Positions 31,685-35,058 of a stretch of 35,058 nt of DNA are shown here, piece after piece; positions within the stretch are counted from its first letter, which is position 1; each line of letters begins with the position of its first letter. Below the pieces are notes generated by a model, which saw only the letters and a list, made by a program, of their open reading frames with translations, did no database searches and was not told the DNA's origin. Origin of the DNA: Hyphochytrium catenoides (lineage: Eukaryota > Protista > Hyphochytriomycota); the NCBI GenBank assembly GCA_900088475.1, contig FLMG01002524.1:1-35058 (forward strand), in the 5' to 3' direction. The position numbers and the translations under genes were made by a program.

Positions 31685-33219
31685 GGAACAAAAGAAGAGG
31701 GAGGAAGCAAGAGACAGGAAAGAGGAAGAAAGCAGGGGACAGGAATGAGAGAGAAAGTGAAGAAGAAGAGAAGAGACAAAGCAATGGAGAGCCCCGCTGA
31801 TAGGACTCTCTGCCCCAACAGAATGGGACCGCATATGAGCAGACAGACAAAGAGAGAGAGCAAGCAAGAGAGAGACAGAGAGAGGGAGAGAGAGAAAGAG
31901 ACTTAGAAGGGAAATTGAACAACCAATGGAACGCTTGCTTGGAACCGAGGGAAGGATCAGTCAGAAAACATTCTTCAGCGCTTATTTATCGATATTCAGC
32001 TGCTCAAGCCTCTAGAATTGCATCCTTTTCCTCTCTCCTTTCCCGCGCTCGCCTGCTCTCTCTCAAGCTCTTGCCTCTCTCAGCCGGCCCAAGCACATCC
32101 AGTTTCTCTCTCGTTCCTGGGTTCAGCTGGAGCTGATGCGTGCTAACGAACAAGCGAGAGTGACTCTAAGAGCACAACAGCACTATCGGCATGAGGAACT
32201 TCAACATCTCCTCTTCCTTTCATGTTTGACATAGTCTCCTTGGTGTTCTTTCTCTTCCTCGCGCGTGCGCTCTTCCTCAGTCTCTTTGAACTAGTACGAG
32301 TAGGCCTGTTGTCAACAGACAGGACAGTGGACAGTGGCAATAGATGCAATGAGGAAACAAGCGCCGTGAAGACAGAGCTGAGAGAGGATCGATCGCAGAG
32401 AGGAAAGATGGGAAGAGAAAGAAAGAGGTCAGATGGGGAGAGAGAAGGAGGGGAGAGAGAGGGAAAGACGTGAGGGAGAGAGAGAGAGAGGGAAAGAGGT
32501 GAGGGAGAAAGAGAGAGGGAGAGAGGGAACAAGGTAAAGAGAGAGAGAGAAAGAGAGAGACTTATTTCTGCGGCTATGCTCTTCAACCTATCAGCGCATC
32601 AGACATGCTGTTCCTAGACTCCCCGTCCCCTAACCCTGTCCCACGTCACCTCGTCTCTGACCAAACAAGTCCATACATATATTATTGGCAGGGGCATTCC
32701 AAGTCTAACCTAACTCCTAGACCGGACGGGTTGGTCTGGTCCCTAGTTAGAGTGAAAAAAAAATGGGTCTGAACCCAATCATAAACCGCTTTTATTCAGA
32801 ACGGTAGAAACCATTACTGTTTTGTTCTAAAGCCTACTTAGAACTATAGGTACCTTTAGTCAAACCAGCTCTTCTCTATCTGAAAAAGTAGCACATGTCA
32901 TTATGGTAGTCACTCACTCACTGTTCTATCCTAAATCTAAACCTTATTTTAGCGCTAAAAAGTTCTAAAATCTTACTGAGTATTCATTACAGTAGTTAAA
33001 ATTTTCTTGAATCTTTGGAAAGATAAAAACGTAGATTTTACATAGGTTTCAGGAGTAAAGAGACAGTTATATATTTTCAGCGTTTTGTGAAAGTTATTGG
33101 TCAAAGCTTCCCCACCCAAATTGTTGACCCTTCGATCCATCACCATTTTTGCTGATCCAACAAGCGAAGAACTACAGTAGTCGAAGTTGTCCCTCTTTTC
33201 CTCTGTTTCTCTCTCTTTG

Positions 33220-33257
<38 letters not shown>

Positions 33258-33533
33258 CCCCTACTCACTTCTCTTTCTTTCCAAGTATTTCCCTCGCTCT
33301 GTCTCTCTCCTTCACCCTCTCTTTTTTTTTCTTTTTCTCTGTCTCTCTGTCTCTCCTTTCCCTCTACTGGTCTCTTTCTCTCGTCTTCCTGGTCTCCTGT
33401 ACCGTTTTATTAATTTAGAGTAGTAGGGAACCCTCAGCGCCTCTCCCTTCACCGTCACCTTTGACACAAGAGGAGGACCAGAACCCGCCAGAGACGAGAA
33501 GGAAAGCGAGAGAGAAGAGAGAGAAGAAAAGAC

Positions 33534-33535
<2 letters not shown>

Positions 33536-33588
<53 letters not shown>
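33536..33588. repeat. (GA)n microsatellite
   Basis: Directly visible. Confidence 0.95.
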
Positions 33589-33590
<2 letters not shown>

Positions 33591-34098
33591 CAGGCGAAAA
33601 GGTGTGGGAGAAGAGAGGACACAGGGAAGAGGGACAAAAGAAGAGGAGAGAGAGAGAGAGGACATGGACGGAGAGAGGGACGTAGAACAGACAAAGCGGT
33701 GAGAGTATCAGGTTCCACATCCTTCTCAGTTGATCAGTAGTCTGGGTGTCAATCGCATCCTCACCTCTCGTCCCAGACAGCTCCTCCCGCCCACGTCTCG
33801 GATGCTTTCTCTTCGCGTACATTCTCCTCTTTCCTGCTACATCATCAGAGCAGCGACGAATAATTTCTCCTCTTCAAGACCGACGGGCCATGGCGCGATA
33901 AGCCCGCACCTTAAAGTCTATCAATCCATTGCACTCTTTTCCCTCTTCCTCCTTCTGGGCTCCCGGCCCATAGTCTTCTCTCTAGCCCGCGCGCGCTCAC
34001 TCACTTTCGCGGGCTTGCGTTTCTCTCTCTCTCTCTCTCTCTCTCGCTCTCGCTCTCTCTCCCTTCTGTCTTTTAGACTGGGGTTCCATCTGCAAAAG

Positions 34099-35058
34099 AT
34101 GGTGCGTGCACAGGAGCTCTTATTAGCTGTCATAGCGCTATCAGTCTCTCTCTCTGTCTTTGTAGATGGAGCAAGAGAAGCGGGCCCCACTCTCTGCAGT
34201 GTCCAAGAGCCTCACGTTGACTTTGTGGGCGGTGACATCAAAGATGTCCACTCCTTATCTCCGTTGAACTGCTGCGTTCACTGCGGGCAAACACCAGGAT
34301 GCAATGCTTATTCCTGGACCAGTTGGAACAGTGGCACGTGCTGGCTCAAGTCCTTTAGCGCCGATATTGAGAGAAAAGCTGCTTTTGGCGTGGTGTCTTC
34401 CAGGCTGACGCATCCCTCCTCTGTTATCTATGCAGACACCGACATCTTCCTGGCAGATCTAGACGCAGTGCAATCGCCCTCTCCTTCCCACTGTGTCGCT
34501 CTCTGCTGGAGCCGGTCAGGTTGCAAAGGAGCATCCTTTTATCAAGGGACATGCTATCTGAAGAATGCGTACTCTTCCCTCATTGGGAAGCCAGGAGTCA
34601 CGAGCTTTGTACTACCTACCGCATGCCAAATAGAAGAGGACACTGACGTTCAAGGCTTGACCCTTGGCCAGGAACGTGTTGCCATCGCTGAGGGATGCTC
34701 GGAACGCTGTCTCTCTATGCCAGAATGCACTTCTTTCGTCTGGGTCCCTTCCAGTGGCGGGACATGCTACTTTAGAGGCAAGAGCCCGACTTTTGTCGCT
34801 AAGGAGGGCTCTAGAGCAGGCTCCTGTCGGCAAATTACCTCTCCTCCTGTGGTTCCCACACCAGTTCCTACGCCTAGGCCAACTCCTGCACCTACGCCTG
34901 CCCCAACTCCCAGACCCACTCCAGCGCCCACGCCTGCCCCAACCCCAGCGCCTACTCCCAGACCCACTCCAGCGCCCACGCCTGCCCTAACCCCAGCGCC
35001 TACTCCCAGACCAACTCCAGCGCCCACGCCTGCCCTAACCCCAGCGCCTACTCCCAGA
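34099..35058 (+). CDS. Secreted or surface protein with three PAN/Apple (PAN_4-like) domains and a Pro/Thr stalk; runs off the right edge
   Basis: Manual translation from ATG 34099, open for 320 codons: signal [24 protein letters not shown]; PAN1 [52 protein letters not shown]; PAN2 DTDIFLADL...[25 protein letters not shown]; PAN3 [11 protein letters not shown]...[17 protein letters not shown]...GGTCYFR; then (PTPA/PTPR)n. It is missing from the ORF track because no stop lies in the window. Confidence 0.92.
   Translation, partial: MVRAQELLLAVIALSVSLSVFVDGAREAGPTLCSVQEPHVDFVGGDIKDVHSLSPLNCCVHCGQTPGCNAYSWTSWNSGTCWLKSFSADIERKAAFGVVSSRLTHPSSVIYADTDIFLADLDAVQSPSPSHCVALCWSRSGCKGASFYQGTCYLKNAYSSLIGKPGVTSFVLPTACQIEEDTDVQGLTLGQERVAIAEGCSERCLSMPECTSFVWVPSSGGTCYFRGKSPTFVAKEGSRAGSCRQITSPPVVPTPVPTPRPTPAPTPAPTPRPTPAPTPAPTPAPTPRPTPAPTPALTPAPTPRPTPAPTPALTPAPTPR
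34855..35058 (+). repeat. Coding tandem repeat (12-nt PTPA/PTPR units) of the mucin-like stalk
   Basis: Repeated cccactccagcgcccacgcctgcc / ccagcgcctactcccaga units. Confidence 0.9.

Noticed and set aside
16572-32776. Shared 11-mer ggtctgaaccc at 16572 and 32766
   Set aside because: Many 11-mer matches are expected by chance in 35 kb, and the flanks do not align.
1-35058. tRNA, rRNA or other structured RNA genes
   Set aside because: None recognisable by eye. tRNAscan-SE and Infernal would be needed to exclude them.

Overview
Eukaryotic genomic DNA with GT-AG introns, dense (GA)n/(CT)n microsatellites and four N gaps (2407-2425, 4399-4453, 19069-19130, 21124-21155). The PAN_4 repeats and PAPTP stalks look stramenopile-like, but the taxon is not established. 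Supported genes: (1) three intronless paralogs of an unrecognised multi-pass membrane protein with about 10-12 TM segments (<1-1560 minus, 12897-14702 plus, 17781-19635 plus, the last with a +1 frameshift); (2) a secreted subtilisin (S8A) homolog at 3908-5495 minus whose catalytic Asp, His, Ser and oxyanion Asn are all substituted, fused to a hevein/CBM18-like Cys module and a Pro/Thr stalk; (3) a four-exon fungalysin (M36) at 19970-23047 minus with intact zinc ligands; (4) a seven-exon ABCF3/GCN20-like ATPase at 27481-31684 plus; (5) a secreted protein with three PAN/Apple domains and a Pro/Thr stalk from 34099 off the right end. Between them lie decayed, stop-rich stretches that include a possible Arf-like fragment and a possible LTR remnant. 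Most short ORFs in the supplied track are microsatellite or shadow-frame artefacts. The two best leads are the triad-dead subtilisin with a carbohydrate-binding module and the expanded orphan membrane-protein family with a conserved N-terminal KVxP motif.
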